Origin: Lama guanicoe
Lineage: Eukaryota
Length of the DNA stretch: 64,000 bases
Assembly: GCA_013239625.1 (NCBI GenBank)
Contig: MU054187.1
Location: 11,057,231-11,121,230, forward strand
Direction of reading: 5' to 3'
The notes beneath the pieces are model-generated. The model was not told the origin of the DNA and made no database searches. It was given only the letters and a program-made list of their open reading frames with translations. Below are positions 1 to 13,841 of the stretch, piece by piece. A program made the translations under genes and the position numbers. Within the stretch, counting starts at the first letter, position 1, and each line of letters begins with the position of its first letter.

Positions 1-490
1 AGAGTTTGGATATTAAACTGATAGGATTTGCTGATGGAGTGAATTTTGGGAAGTGGGGAAAGGAAGGAATCAAGGATGAGCTACAGGTGTCTGGTTTATG
101 TCTCTGGCTAGATAGTGGTATGATTTGATGATATATCAATGGACCACAGTGGGGTGGAAAGTCAAGACTTTCCTTTTGACAAGGTAATAAAGATGCCAAT
201 TATATATTCATGTGGATATTCCAAGACAACAGTTGACTCTATAATTCTGGAATTAAAAGAGAGGTTAGAACTACAGATATAAATTTGGAAGTCATCAGCT
301 AATGGATGAGAGTTGAAGCCTTGGGACGATATGATATCATCTCAGAAAATACAGATGGAGGCCCAGGGAAAAGGCCCAGGAAAAGGACGCTTCAAATGAA
401 ACATCTGAGAACTGAGGATTAGCCAGTGTGGTAGGAGCATGTGATGAATGTCCCAGAATTCATGTACAGAGAGTGATTCAAAGAGAAAGA
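1..490 (-). mobile_element. L2 LINE remnant
   Basis: Purine-rich motifs typical of antisense L2 (ataggatttgctgatgga, gaatcaaggatga, agatataaatttggaagtcatcagc, gaagccttggga). Confidence 0.75.
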
Positions 491-1529
491 GTTAGTCACT
501 TAGTCAGGTAGTTAGTTAGTCAGTTCATTCTGGAGAAATACACATCCAACATAGGTAGTACTAAGAGGGAAAACCAGAGCCTGGAATTCTCTTCTCCCCA
601 CTCTCCATCCTAAGGTGTCATGTTTCCAGATTAACTAACAGTCTTCCCAATTCATTCGTACATTCAAGTTCTCATAATTCAAATTCGAGTACTCTTCTTA
701 ATGCCCACAGTTGCCTCTCAATAAAGTTGATAATGTTTTACTTTAATAAGATTCTAATTTATGTAGATAGTATTGATTTTAGATCACCTCTCTGCTCTTA
801 CATTAACAGATTATCGGAAATCACTCACACTCAACTATTTCTCTAGTTTTTGTTAAATTTCAAGAGAGAACAAAAACATTTTTATGTGTCCTTTCCACCT
901 TCATAGTTGTATTCTTACTTGGATATTTAAAACAAGAAATACAGAAATGTTTCTTATTCCTCTGTCAAAAGGAATAAAATCGAAGTAATTATAATTATTC
1001 TAAAAATACAAAAAAAAATTTAGAATTTTGGCATTTCCCTTGAAGAGTAAAGAATACATTTTATAGTACTTACCCATAATTAAGAATTGTGTGTCTTGGT
1101 TCTGTAATTAAACTGGCACTGTGAAATATTGCTTGTGATTATGTGAATTATGTGAGTTAAATACTGCAATTCAATATAAAGGTGATATACTCATAAAATA
1201 GATTCATAATTGGAAAGTAAGGCTAATTGTGTATAAGACAAGTGGGAAAGAAGAAAATTATGAGACACTGTAATGATGACTTTACGGGCTATTGTAAATC
1301 TAGTGAGGTGATGATGTAACATGATGCTTCAGACTTAAAATACCATGAAGAGATTCTAGTGCTCCAAGCAATGGTCAAAATAGGTTCAAACTACCAGTAA
1401 ATTACTATTTAGTTTAAAATGACTTAAAATGTATTAAAATATTAGCAGTTAAGAGTTTAGAAGATTCACAATAAATGCATGAAATGACTAGCTGAAAAGC
1501 TTAATGTTTTAAAAAAGAATATGTAAAAA

Positions 1530-1692
1530 AACTCACATGCACTCACATACTCACATTCACACACACACACACAACTCACAAAGTTTCCTTAATACAAGTG
1601 TAATATTTCTTCAAATCACTAACTTTGATCAGCTAGGAAAAACCTAAGAGCTCTACCCACTCTGTGTGTTGTATGTGTGTGTGTGTGTGTAT
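1530..1692. repeat. Imperfect (CA)n at about 1530-1580 and (TG)n at about 1663-1690
   Basis: Dinucleotide runs seen directly. Confidence 0.85.
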
Positions 1693-1821
1693 TGTGTATC
1701 TTTGCATCGTAGCTCAAGAAAACTTTTATTCCATTAAAGATTTAAAATTGTTTTGCAAAAAAAGAGGTTTCTAGTCAACTGTTCGTGTCTCTATTCTTTG
1801 TACCTCTACTGTTTACACCTC

Positions 1822-1930
1822 TATTTTATTTTTATTTTATTTTATTATTTTTAATGGAGGTACTGGGGATTGAACCCAGCACCTTGTGCATGCAAAGCAT
1901 GCGCTCTACCACTGAGCTATATGCACCCCC
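1822..1930 (-). mobile_element. tRNA-Ala-derived short SINE (camelid Vic-1-like)
   Basis: Reverse complement reads ggggtgcatatagctcagtggtagagcgcatgctttgcatgcacaaggtgctgggttcaatccccagtacctcc followed by an A-rich tail; pol III A and B boxes present. Confidence 0.9.
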
Positions 1931-2799
1931 ACAGCCCTATTTTCTATTTTCCATTTGAGCTTCCATACAAAGGTTACCTTTTAAATATTAAACCAGTTTT
2001 CCTTTCTTAAAGCTTTCTATTTTCAAAAAAAATTTTTTTTCCACCATATGATTTTTCTTTCAGACTTTCAGAATAATCTGAGGCACTGCTAGGGTTTCAA
2101 AGGGCTTAAGTCCAGTAATAAATAAGATTTGCATCATGTAAGTCCTGTACTTTAAATATATTTGCAAGAGAGGTAAACTTTACTTAAGGGCAGCCAACAT
2201 CTATCGACTCTCAGCTGTGTATATAGCTGTCTCATCCTTGGCATCAAGTTTACACAATCCCTGTGTACCACTGAGACCCATGAAACACTGGAGGACACAT
2301 TTACTGAGCAATAAATTAAAAATGTGAGTGAATGATGTAGCTGAAAATCTGAGCCCACATGTGCTCAGGAACATCAAGCAGAAGAATGATGAGACAGCAG
2401 ATAAAGGTATCCAGACACCTGTGAAATGTTCTGCCCCATGTTTCTATATATATATATTAAATTACAAATAAACAGCACTGGGAATTTTCTGTCTTTCATG
2501 CATGTTTAGCATTAGAATGCTATGTCTTTGCTGTTAAAGGCAGACTTACTATGAAATTTGCTCCATCTTAATTTATGTAAAATGCTTATTAATTAAATAA
2601 TCTGATTGGCTTTTCCCTCAAAGATTGCTTGTAAATTTGATGTTTTGTCCAATTGTTTAAAATAATGTACATTGTGTATATAATTCAAGGAGGTGTTTTA
2701 GAAAAATTAAGAAAAATTGGGTATTGGTAAGTAAATTACTGCTCTACATAAATAATATCCAAGGAATATCAGGCAGAAATGCATTTTAGCCTCATTTTA

Positions 2800-3280
2800 T
2801 AGGATACCCAGATTACAGGGACTCGAGTGACTAGATTTTTTTTTTTTTCCATGAAACAAGCAGCCTGGAGGTACGTTGCTCATAACTCATATAGGTGACT
2901 CTGTGAACCATCCATGATGTGGGCTCCTTCCAACGTTCTGCCCAGTAGCCCACAGTGCGGCATTCACAGGCATGGTAGTTGCCTCATATTCACAGGTTGG
3001 ATTTTCCACATCCAGTGTTGTAGGCAGGAAGAAACAGAAGACCAAAAGTTGTATGCAAGTGGAATTGAGTCTTTTTTAAAAAGCTTTTTAAGAACTCCCT
3101 CACCAAAACTTCCTCTTCCATTTCATTGGCCAGAATTATCATGTGACCACCTGTAGCTGCAAGGGAGGCTGGGACATGTAATTTTGCATCTGGCTACATA
3201 CTCCCTCAATCAAAATCAGCTTATATCACAAGTGAGGGGGAGAACAGACACTGAGCGGGTAAGCAGAAGTGTCTAGCACA
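2800..3280 (-). mobile_element. Old MaLR LTR (MLT1J/K-like)
   Basis: Characteristic tcattggccagaatt...gaccacctgtagctgcaagggaggctgggacatgtaatttt. Confidence 0.75.
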
Positions 3281-6200
3281 GTGAAGAGAAGTTTGAGTGA
3301 ACAGCATAAACATTGCATCGATCAAACACAAAGGAATTTTTTTTAATTTCCCTAGGAACAAAAGTCTTTTATACTTAAATTTTTATATGTACTTAAATTT
3401 TAATCTCAGTTATTAGCTGCCAGGGCAAATGCTGTGCTTCACTGTTTAACTTTAGTAGTCATATGAGTGTGTTTGGAAACAGTTTGCATGCTAGATTTGA
3501 AATAAAAATAGAAAAGCTATATTTTAACAACAGATGCACCTGGACCAAATCTATCTGTAACATAGATTAGCACTTTTGCCAAATTATCTCATATTGGGCG
3601 TAGTTAGGGAATATTTTCTCAAAAATCAGTTTTGTATACAATATTCCGAATGATATGTATTCATTAAGGGAAAAAAAAACCCGTTCAATGGCTCTGGTGT
3701 ACTGCTATGATGAGGTATTTCCAAAATCCCTCATAACTAAAATATAGCACTTATAATTAATCCCTTTAAAATGAACTGTACATGTGTGTATTTGCATTAA
3801 ACATAATTAGCTAACCACAGCCCGCAGCATATGTCTGCTCAGCATGTGTAATCTGTTTATAGAACGGAACAGATGACATAATGTAGATTTTGGCTAGTAA
3901 ACCACATTCTTCTTCCACAAACAACATCTGAAATGATAAAAACAACATACAGATGAATGGCTCCCAATAGGTAAAATCATTACAACCCACATTTGCCAAC
4001 ATAATTTTCATCCCATTTTGGCGGTCAGATATTTTGAGAGGGAGGTATAGGAGTCCAGCACGTAGCTCAACGTTTCACTTTAACAGGAGAGTAACTCTCA
4101 GGCATCAAGAATGTGGGACCAGGAAACACTGCAACCCACTGCAGTGGACAAGCTGCACTCGGGGCTGAGCTGCGTGCCCCAGGTGACCCTTGTTGAAAAT
4201 GCCAATGTCGTGACCCTATTAGCGACAGTTATAACTGAGCGTTGAGAAAAGATCATTATCTGTTTTCCAATGCCATTAAATCTTCTTTGGATACTCACAG
4301 TGTCTTTAGGGTCCACATCATAATCTCACTCATTGGGTTGCTATTGTTTCCATTTTTGATACGATAACAGGGCAATCTTTGCACAGAAATAATACCTGTG
4401 TTTCTGATTATTTCCTTAAGTTTGATATTTCAGGACATAGTAAAAGAAGACCAAAGTCTAAGCAGATTGAAAGAGATTCACCATCTCCCTTAACAAGAAG
4501 TGTTACTTATGTATAAAAAATGTGTGTAAATCCTGACTTCAGGTAAATGTTCTTTGTAGAAAGAATGCACAGTGAAGTAGACTCATAAATCCGGCAAACA
4601 GATCAGAGTCCATTTCTCTTCAGTTGTTCCTCAAGAGGACCCCAGAAAATGGCTGTCATGCCATTAGGTCCTCTTCCTGTGAGAGCCTACAGATTTGTCC
4701 CTGTTCTAGCATCTCCTGTCAGAGACATTGAGATGCCACCTTGAACCATCAGTTCCTTGTGCATTGTATTTCACATCCTAATCATTTCAAATTTCCTGGT
4801 ATCCCAGGGTCTCTTGAATATAAGTTAATGATTTTCTATCTCTCAGGCCTTCCACCATCCTTGAGGTGAGAACATTTCATCTGATTGAGTTCTCACTACA
4901 TACCAGGTGATAACCTAGCTCCGACTCTCAACAGCTCTGTAAGGTGTTTAAACATAATCCCCCTTTTGAATAAAAAGCATCCTCAGACATCCGAATAGGG
5001 TGCATGAGCGAATTGCTTCCCTTCTAGTCACATTTTATAGTTCATGGTTCCATGTGGTAATATTTTGTGCTTTCATTTTCATGAGTCTTCAGTGAATTTG
5101 GAGTTGGGGTGAGGGGGAGTCTAGAAATGGACATTTTTAAGAACCTCTGAGATGACTCCTCCTTGTGGGCCATCCTTGGAGGAACACAATGTTGAATGAT
5201 CTGCCTCTACTTTACATCTGGCTGTTTTTATTTCCCTGTGCTGGCAAAGTTTAGAGGGAGCAAAAGTATCTTTTTAAAAGCATGTTAATGTCTTCCAAAA
5301 TGGTCTAGTCAACGTATCTAATTAATTCCAGATCTACTGAAAGAATGAATGTTTTCTGGGGTTTCTGTTTGTTTGTTTTTGGTTTGGACCAGGTCTGTCC
5401 CTTATCCCACAAAAGATAGATTGTGACATGTAATCTGTTATAAATATGGAACAAAGATGATAAACATAAATTGGCTTGTATGCCCAATTGGAAAATAAAT
5501 TTCAAGGCTTTCCTTTTATTTAGCAAGAGTAACCAATCTAATATTTATTACCAAATTATTATTCATGTCCAGACTCTAACGTTGGGTTTTAAGATTGGCT
5601 ATTCATATGGGTCATTTAAAGAAATGTTTCTTTTCTGTAAGTGATACCTTAGAATAAGGCAGACTGATTTCCTTCACACCATATGTTGTTTAACTGGCCC
5701 TTGCTTGATTCTCTAGAGGTGGTTTTTAAATATTACAACTTGGGGAACAAGGGTTGTCTAAAGAACAAATAATATTTGCATTCTGATCAGTATATAAAGA
5801 TAAAACAACATCTCCTCTTCTGTATTCATTTAGACACAAGTGAATATTTTGGATCAAATCTTCAAGACTTGATCCAGTTCTTCAAGAAGTTCTTTCCAAA
5901 ATTTAAATTAAGACCTAACAAAATTATATAGCCTGCATTACTAGCCAACTTGTATCTTTTCTTCAGATCTTGAAAATCTTACTGTAAGATAAGTCATTGC
6001 AATAAACCACTACTCTAGAAAGCATCTTTTATACAGTACACTTCTGTGATTACTCCTGCCTAATTCTTGGGCTGTAGCAAGTATCTGTAAAGAAATGTCT
6101 ATTATATCCTAACTTCCAACATGGTCCTTTGGATAAGGTACAAGAAAAATGACAATACACATATATCTTCGTATACTGAAACCTTTCACTGTTTTAAAAG

Positions 6201-7074
6201 GGTGATTATTTCTAACATACGGTTTAATAATATTTTTAGATGATACCAGGTATAAACATACTCAATACCACTTTTATTCTATTTTTACTTCAAACACAAA
6301 AGTAGGGAAGATGATACGTCCCGAACGCTGTGGTCCACCGTCAGCTTCCTGTGTCCTTCCTGCCTTGAACATTTTCTGGGGTTGCATCCTGTGAATTGGT
6401 AGAGAAGGAAAAGCTTAAGGAACAACAGCACCCTGGTACTTCCAAAGCCACTCCTAAGCAAAAGTGAAAGAAATGCCTGATTTTCTGCAGGGCGCTGAGC
6501 TTGGGACTCTGACTTGGAGGGCAGTTAGGAGAAGGAAGAGGTGGTGTTCGGCCCTCCTTGTCTTTGGATAAGGTGCTTTTGTTTCATGAGAGGAAAACAT
6601 GGGTGGGCCACACATGACTGCCTTCAGACGTGGCCCGTGGCTGTGGGGGGCCCTCGGACGATGCTGGGGGGTGAGTTGAGGGGGCTCCCTGGGCACTAAG
6701 AACACAGAAGAAGGTGTTTGTCTCTAAGGAGGAACAGGCAGCTGAACGAACAATGACAGCTCAGCATGATGAGTGTCGTAATAAAGATAATACACGGCAC
6801 TAAGGAGACACAGACGAGAAGCAGATGATAATCCACTGCTTAGAGAGTATTTGCTTGGAGGAAAAACAAATGCGAAAGCAGACCACTGGAAGGCAGCTGG
6901 AACCCCAGTACTGCGGCTCTAAGCCTGGTTTATAGACATGAATATGGTCCCAAGAAGGAAACACAATGATACCCCAGCATGAAGTCTTCTGTGCTGAGTC
7001 AAGAAAAACGGCCATGGCAAATTCATGGTGAAGAAAGATGGAAAAGTCAACTTTAATCCAAAGTACACAGAATG

Positions 7075-7245
7075 GGACCACTCAGTTGACAGTCATACAA
7101 TTTGGGTTCTTGTCCTGGTTCTTTCACTACTCAGTGTATATGGCAAGTTAAATCCCATCTCTGGACCTCGTTCCTCAGCCATAAAGCAAGACGGTAGACA
7201 AGATGGACTCGGAAGACCATCCCAGTTCTAGGCTTCTCTGGTTCT
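7075..7245 (+). mobile_element. MIR/MIR3 SINE
   Basis: MIR core tgggttcttgtcctggttct...ggcaagttaaatcccatctctggacctcgttcctc. Confidence 0.7.
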
Positions 7246-7762
7246 GTCTTAGTCGTGGAAAGCAGTCACACGAGGCAGCTCCAGGGAAACAGACACAGTT
7301 AGAGAAGACAGAGGAGGGCTCCCCTTTGCAACCCAGAAGTCAGGGAGCAGCCCTGGACACGGACAGCCCCTCGGATTAAAAGCAGTGCACATCGAGCACA
7401 TTTAAAGGTGAGGCTTCAGCCTCTTATCATACCAAAAAAATTAAGTTAATTTTTCCTGAATTAAAAATACAAAAGCTTAATCCCAGACAGGAACAAGAGT
7501 GAATTTGCAAATAAAATGACACCAAAAAGAATAAACCAGGGCTGATAGCTCTCAGCAGTCATATGTTTGCAAGTCAGCTGTTTACAATAAGCTTAGACTT
7601 TAAATTGATTAATTACCTTATTGAACTGGCTGGTCTTTTGAAAATAGTTACATCAAATAGTTTGAAAATGAATCCAGATGTCACCGCTTCTTTGACATTA
7701 CCAGGAATGTATGAACTGACAGAAGGTAGATCATTTGATTAAAAATAACTAAAAACTCATTT

Positions 7763-8061
7763 TATTTTATTTTTATTTATTTATTGAAGTATAGTCAAAT
7801 TGCAATGTTGTGTCAATTTCTGGTATACAGCATAAAATTTCAGTCATACATATACATACATTTATTCCTTTTCATATTCTTTCTCATTATAGGTTACTAC
7901 AAGATATTGAATATAGTTCCCTGTGCTATACAGTAGAAAATTGTTGTTTATCTATTTTATATATAGTAGTTATTATCTGCAAATCTTGAATTCCTGATTT
8001 ATCCTTTCCCAACCCTTTCTCTCCACTGGCAACAAGTTTGTTTTCTATGTCTGTGAGTTTG
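7763..8061 (-). mobile_element. 5'-truncated L1 3' end (cetartiodactyl/camelid type) with 13-bp TSD
   Basis: T-rich tail then ttgaagtatagtc...caatgttgtgtcaatttctggtatacagc; TSD taaaaactcattt at 7750-7762 and 8062-8074. Confidence 0.9.
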
Positions 8062-9429
8062 TAAAAACTCATTTGATATTTGAATTATGTGAAGCAGATT
8101 CAGTGTTAAAAGCACCATATGTAAGTTTAGAAAACAATTAGTCGATTTGTAGTAGTGGAGGAATCCATGGGCATTATTGCTAATTATTGAAGATTAGTGC
8201 ATTTATGAGATAACTCATCTTTGCAGAGTTGATTGGTGAATTCTTCCATCTGAAAGAAAGTGGAAGTGTATGGACCTGTCAGGGGTGGCTATCTCTTGTA
8301 AAGATGCTACAATAGCTCTTTGTTTACAGAGGCAAAAGATTATGAGACTTTACAGTAATTGGAGAAAGAATTTATTTAATTACAGATATTTTCACTATAA
8401 TTTTAGAGGAAATACCACACAGTTACATAAACACTGAATATAATACCTTTTAAATTTACATAGCGTGTGTGGTTAGATCAATACTCTAAAATAAACCAGG
8501 ACCATAATTATATATACTTTTGAAGTTAATACCTAATCTACGTACCACATACAACTGTCTATTATTTTATTTATAAATATGTCAGCATAGCAACACTTTT
8601 TAGTCCCTAATATATGGTGATTTCTTGAGAATACATCTTTATATTTTCTTACCCTTTAAAAAAATTTTACACAATTTCACCTGGTTAATATTTTAGAAGA
8701 ACATAATTGGCAACATTTTTTAAAAGTCCATGTTTTAAAATTGTATTTAAAATTCTAGATAGAATGCACTGCATACTGTTTGCAATCTATAAGGCTTTAT
8801 TTCAAGGATTTTTCTTTTCAGTTCAAACCCTAATTGATATATTTATGCCATTTGATAATTTTATGCACATTAAAGTGGTTTTTTGACTCAGTGTATGTTA
8901 CTAATATAATTTTACAATGTTTTCTGTGATGCACATTTTTGTAATTGCTGGATCAAAGAACTGACTTCACTTCTCTGAATCTTTCACAACATAGAGAGAA
9001 TCTTCAGGAGGAAAAAAGGAATATTTTTAGCTTAAAGAAAAGAGTTTATGGGGATTACAGTGCATGTCATTTTTAGAAACTTAATTCTCTTAATAAATCT
9101 TCACTGACCATCTACTATGACCCGGGCAGGAGAGTTCACAGATGAACTGATATGAACTCTGCCTTCAGAGAGCTTACAAACTGAGGGGAGCTAGGACACG
9201 TGCACCATCAAATAGAATAAAAAACAAGGTAGAAACAAGAGAGTCAAGAGTTTTATATTAGAGGAATGAACAAAATCAGAATAGATGAAACTACAAAAAT
9301 GTTGAGAGACAGACAAGAAGCAAAAGTGGTTTAGCCCTCTTACACCTTATTAACCCACAAAGCGCTACGTGGCTCCCTCTGCACTGAGAACACGGGCACA
9401 GTCAGAAGAGAACTCCTATTGACTACCAC

Positions 9430-10740
9430 CTCCCCGCACCCCTGCCATAGACTCCACCTTCTCACGGGTTGTCATGTGTGACCGTGTCTTTATCCAAGGC
9501 CAATTCCTCCATTTTCTCTCTAGACCCATTCCCTCTTTATACATAAGGACAGTGGTCCCCTCCACCTCCTGCATCGTTAAGTTTTCCCTCTCTTTGAATC
9601 AGGCTGATCAGCATACAAACATGGTTATTTGTTTTATTTAAAAAAGGAAACCTCTTGACCTCATTTGCCTTTCCAAGTCATGACATATTCCTTTACTTTA
9701 CTTTAGAAAACTCCTTGAAAGAATTGCCCCTACTTGTCATCTCCAAAAGAGTTCTGAACACTCTCTTAGTCAGATGCTCCCCTTCACAATCCAGCAAAAA
9801 ATGTTTTTGTCATTAAGGATGTCCTTCAGGATATCTTCTTCGACACATCTCTTCTCAGTCCTCACCTTCATCATCCTTTGCCTTCTAGCAGCAGTAGACC
9901 CGGCCGATCCCTCCTACGTGAAACCCTTGTTTTATTTTGGCTTCCATGGTACCACACCCGCCTGGTTGCCCTCCTAACGTTCTATCTTCTCTTCTTAGTA
10001 TCCTTGACTATTTCTCCTCACCTCCTGACCTCTACATTGAGTGCCAAGGCTCACTCCTTGGGTCAGTTTGCATCACAGTCCAAGCTCACTTCTTTGAAAA
10101 CTGATGATCTCTTCCAGCCACATGGCTTTAAAGATGATCTTGAGGCTGACAACTCCAGCCTGCAACCTCTCCCTCATTATCCAACTGCCCATGGGATAGG
10201 GTGGCCAAATTTATCGAATACAAATACAGGACATCCAGCAGAAGTAGAATTTCGGAAAACAATAAATATTTTTTAGTGTAAGTATGTGCCATGAAATATT
10301 TGTTTTGTACTTACCTAGTTTTGAATTTATTTGAAATTCTTAACTAAGGGTCTTATGTTTTATCTGACAACCTATGACCTCGTATCTCCACATCTCCACT
10401 TGATGGAGCAGAGGCATCTCCAATGTAAAATACCCAGAACTGAGCTCTGACATTTTCTCCTACCCCTGTTCACCTTGCAGCAGCCCCACCTTGGTAAAAG
10501 GCAGCTGCATTCTTTGAATTGCTCACATCAAAAACATTGTGGTCATCTTGACGCTGTCTTTTTCTTACATCACCACTGATTTATCATTACAGCCTATTGG
10601 GTCTAACCTCAAATACTACATATTCTGAATTTGACCTTTTCCCATGGCCCTGCTGCCACCACCATCTCTTCCCTCCTAATAGGTCTCCCTTCTTCTGTCC
10701 AGATCCCCCTCAGTCTGTTCTCTAAACAGCAACCAGAACA
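9430..10740 (+). mobile_element. L2 LINE remnant, interrupted by MER53
   Basis: Pyrimidine-rich L2 ORF2/3' motifs (ttggcttccatggtaccacac, catggctttaaa...gctgacaactcc, catctccacttgatg). Confidence 0.8.
10197..10374. mobile_element. MER53-like hAT-Blackjack MITE nested in L2
   Basis: Terminal inverted repeats tagggtggcca / tgacaaccta and a palindromic interior (tagtgtaagtatgtgccatg...tacttacc). Confidence 0.85.
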
Positions 10741-11129
10741 CATAATGGATGGCTAAGATTGGTATCTCTAAAAAGCAGGCAAATGTTTTAAAAGACAGCA
10801 CTGACTTTAGATGAAAAACTTTGAGAATTAAAGAAATACAAACTTAAATCTTGTCCAGGTAGTTTTAAATCAATTTTTTACAAGTAAAACTCTGCTGCCT
10901 GCTAAAGGTTTTCCTTCCAAGGTTGATAGGAGAGTGAGCCACTGTTTTGTCACCCGTGTTTGCATCTCTGAGGTGATGACGTACTGCAGGGAAAATACCA
11001 AAAACTCTTGACCACGTAGCCAAAGGCTGAAATCTTAAAAAGATTTGAGAAATTTAAAAGAGCAACAATTCACTGAGGTATTAAGTGTTTAAATGTTTGT
11101 TTTTTCTCTCCTGTTTTCTGCAAAATAAA

Positions 11130-11290
11130 AATAGATGACATCTATGGACCATTTCCTGAGTGCCAGACCCTGGTGCTAAGTATTCTGCATGAGTCTGTAC
11201 CACTGTCACCCCATTTACATACAAAGGACAGAAAGGTTAAGTGACCTGCCCCGCTGGGCAATACAGCTGTGGAGCTGGGCACGCTCCTCA
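11130..11290 (-). mobile_element. MIR SINE
   Basis: gtgccagaccctggtgctaag...ccccatttacata...aggttaagtgacctgccc. Confidence 0.7.
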
Positions 11291-12929
11291 GAGCTCAGGA
11301 GATCAGGGGCTCCTCACCTGAGGCGTGCAGAATCCTTTTATTCCTCTGGAAGCTAGAGGCACAGTAAACATGCCCATGTTACCATTTAGAATTCTTATTT
11401 CCCTTAAAAATTCCCTCTTGCAATAGTTAACTTCTGCTCTTATGCCACCAAAGGAAAAGATACCAATAAGTCCAAAAAATGTACAGTGATGATGGAGTTT
11501 CACATACTTAGACCCACACACAATCCCAGAGTTTGAAAAGGCTGTTACACTGACAGCCACAGTCCCAGCCTACAGAGATGTGTTTGGAAGATTAAAACTT
11601 GGTGATTACGCTTTTCTGTGACTCCGTGAGATGATGTTGGTTAAACAATGCAACTGCATTCTGAAGCGCAACGGTTATTACTGATGAGTTAAATACTATG
11701 GCTTAGTATTATGAGGGGGGTCTCTCCTGTGGTCTTAAGAGGATTATGCAGCTGTCCTGTGCCTCTTTTGGAATCCCACAGACCCAAGAGGAAGGTTGGC
11801 AGAAACCCACAATGGAATCCACCCAGTGAGGGTGCCGCATTCCTCACGTCCCTCACTGGCCACACAGGAGCGACTTTTCCAACCTGAACAAAGACATTAA
11901 GTAAAAATTCGAATCTGCAATAGTGAGTCAGCAGTTCTGGAGTCTAGTCCCTCCTGTGCTCATCACTGGGACATAGGAAAGCTGATCTTCACTCAGGACC
12001 CCTGATTTCTCTACAAAAGTAGCTCCCAGCTACTCATGGGTCCTGTCCGCGGTGACAGCAGAATCCAGTGGACCAGTCATGCGGGCTTTTGGCCCACTCT
12101 CAGACAGGCTGTGTTTATTTTTAGGAAAAGAAGCTAGATTAAATAAAGCCATTTCCCTTGGATATAATTTCATTCAAGAGGGCTAAGAGAGAAAGCGTTA
12201 CGTATTTGATGTCAAAACATCACATTGGTGCACTTAAAAGTCAGAAATGGCCAAATTAATGTTTTGTGCTTCTGAATAGCAAAACAACTGAGTAGTCGAC
12301 CGGTTTCTGTTCACTTTTCAATCGACTGAGCAACATTCTTTGAGGGAGAAAGCAGAGGACGACAATCACATTACCTAGACTTAACTGTCTCTCATTTTTT
12401 TAACCAAACTGAACACATGCCCTATTTTTTTTTTCACCTTAAGGTGAAAACAGTAGTTGATAAATGAAATCATCAAAATTTGGGGAGTGACTGTCAACAT
12501 TTTTGTTTCTATTAAAAAAATTTTTGGCAGTTTCCACGAGGAGATAAAAAAAATCAGAATGATAGTAAACAAGGCAGCATATTTAGACGGATACCATGGA
12601 CACAACATAACACTGCCTAGGGTTACTGCTGTAGTCCCTTGCTTACCATTCAGCACTGCTAGTGTTTAGAAAGAAAGGTTTGCTGCTCTGGCCACACTCA
12701 CACAAGAGCTCACAAGGCAAAGTCCTTGCAAAGGTTATCTGCAATAGTTATTGAATAGTCCTGTAGTAATGTGAACCCCACTCTAGACCAAAGCAAATGT
12801 TTCGCTCAGCTCAGTGTTCATGCTGATAGACATTGCTAAAGGAATTGATACTCAGTTACAGCAAAATGTTTTATGTGTAATGAGAAGAAAAATGCATTCC
12901 AGCCCCAGAATGTCTTTTAAAAAGAATGA

Positions 12930-13470
12930 TTGTATTAAAATATGTCCACAGATTCTTTGCTACTTCTCCCTTCAAGCAGTGGATCACAACCCCTCTTCCC
13001 TTGACACTGGGTTGTAAATAGACTTATTCTTAACAAATAAAATTTTGCAGAAGTGAGAGTGTAGGACTTCCAAGGATAGGACATACATGGCATTGAGGTT
13101 TCCTCTCTAGAATTGCGCATTCTGGTGGAAATTGGATGCCATGCTGAGAGGCTACTCCTGAAGCCCTCGGGAGAAGTTTGTGTTGTGAGGACGGAGGCCT
13201 CCCGCCAACTGAGTCCAAAGAACTGAGGCCTTCTGCCAACAGCTGTGTAAGGGAGCCATCTTGGAAGTACGTCCTCCATCCTTGGTCAAGCCTTCAGATG
13301 GCTGCAGCCTTGGGTGATGTCTTCAGAGCAACCGCCTGAGCCGGGCCCACCCAGATAACCTGCTCCCGAATTCCTGACCCACATAAACAGTAAGATAATA
13401 AGTGTTCCTTGTTGCAAGCAGCTAGTTTGGGGAGTAATTCTTTTTACATTGGAATAAATAACTAATACTT
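12930..13470 (+). mobile_element. MaLR solo LTR (MLT1F/E-like)
   Basis: aactgaggccttctgccaacagc...gagccatcttggaag...tcaagccttcagatg...cctgctcccgaattcctgacccac...ggaataaataactaatac. Confidence 0.85.
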
Positions 13471-13793
13471 GTAGGAATGGTCTTCGTTCAAGAAAATATA
13501 TTTTTTTAAAAAGCCACTTGGGGTGAAAGATAAAGTCCTGAAGGCATGGATGGGTGTCAGAGCCCAGGAAGCCAACAGTGGTTGCTGATTTAAAAAAGTA
13601 TGAAAAAAGTAAAGAAATTTGTTTTTGCTTCCAACAATAGTATAAGAGAGGAGGAGATGGGAAGACAGTGCAGCCAGTAAACACCTACAGGCCATGCAGC
13701 CTACGGAGAAGGGCCGTGAGAAACCGCAGGAGTTTGGAGGTAGAGAGGATTTTTAAGAATAGGAATGCTTGATGTAATTTTAAGCTTTGGGAG

Positions 13794-13841
13794 GTGTGTG
13801 TGTGTGGGGTGTGTGTGTGTGTGTGGTGTGTGTGTGTGTGT
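13794..13841. repeat. Imperfect (TG)n microsatellite
   Basis: Seen directly. Confidence 0.9.

Noticed and set aside
1855..1930. Apparent tRNA-Ala gene (also 62429-62500)
   Set aside because: A-rich tail, imperfect cloverleaf, a TSD at the second copy and two dispersed copies indicate a SINE rather than a functional tRNA
4866..4896. 8-bp inverted repeat gtgagaac/gttctcac
   Set aside because: Expected by chance in 64 kb
6300..7400. Locally higher GC and CpG content
   Set aside because: CpG density too low for an island; no promoter evidence
11630..11690. Possible C/D-box snoRNA (ATGATGT...CTGA...CTGA)
   Set aside because: Imperfect C box, short length, weak terminal stem and no recognisable guide sequence
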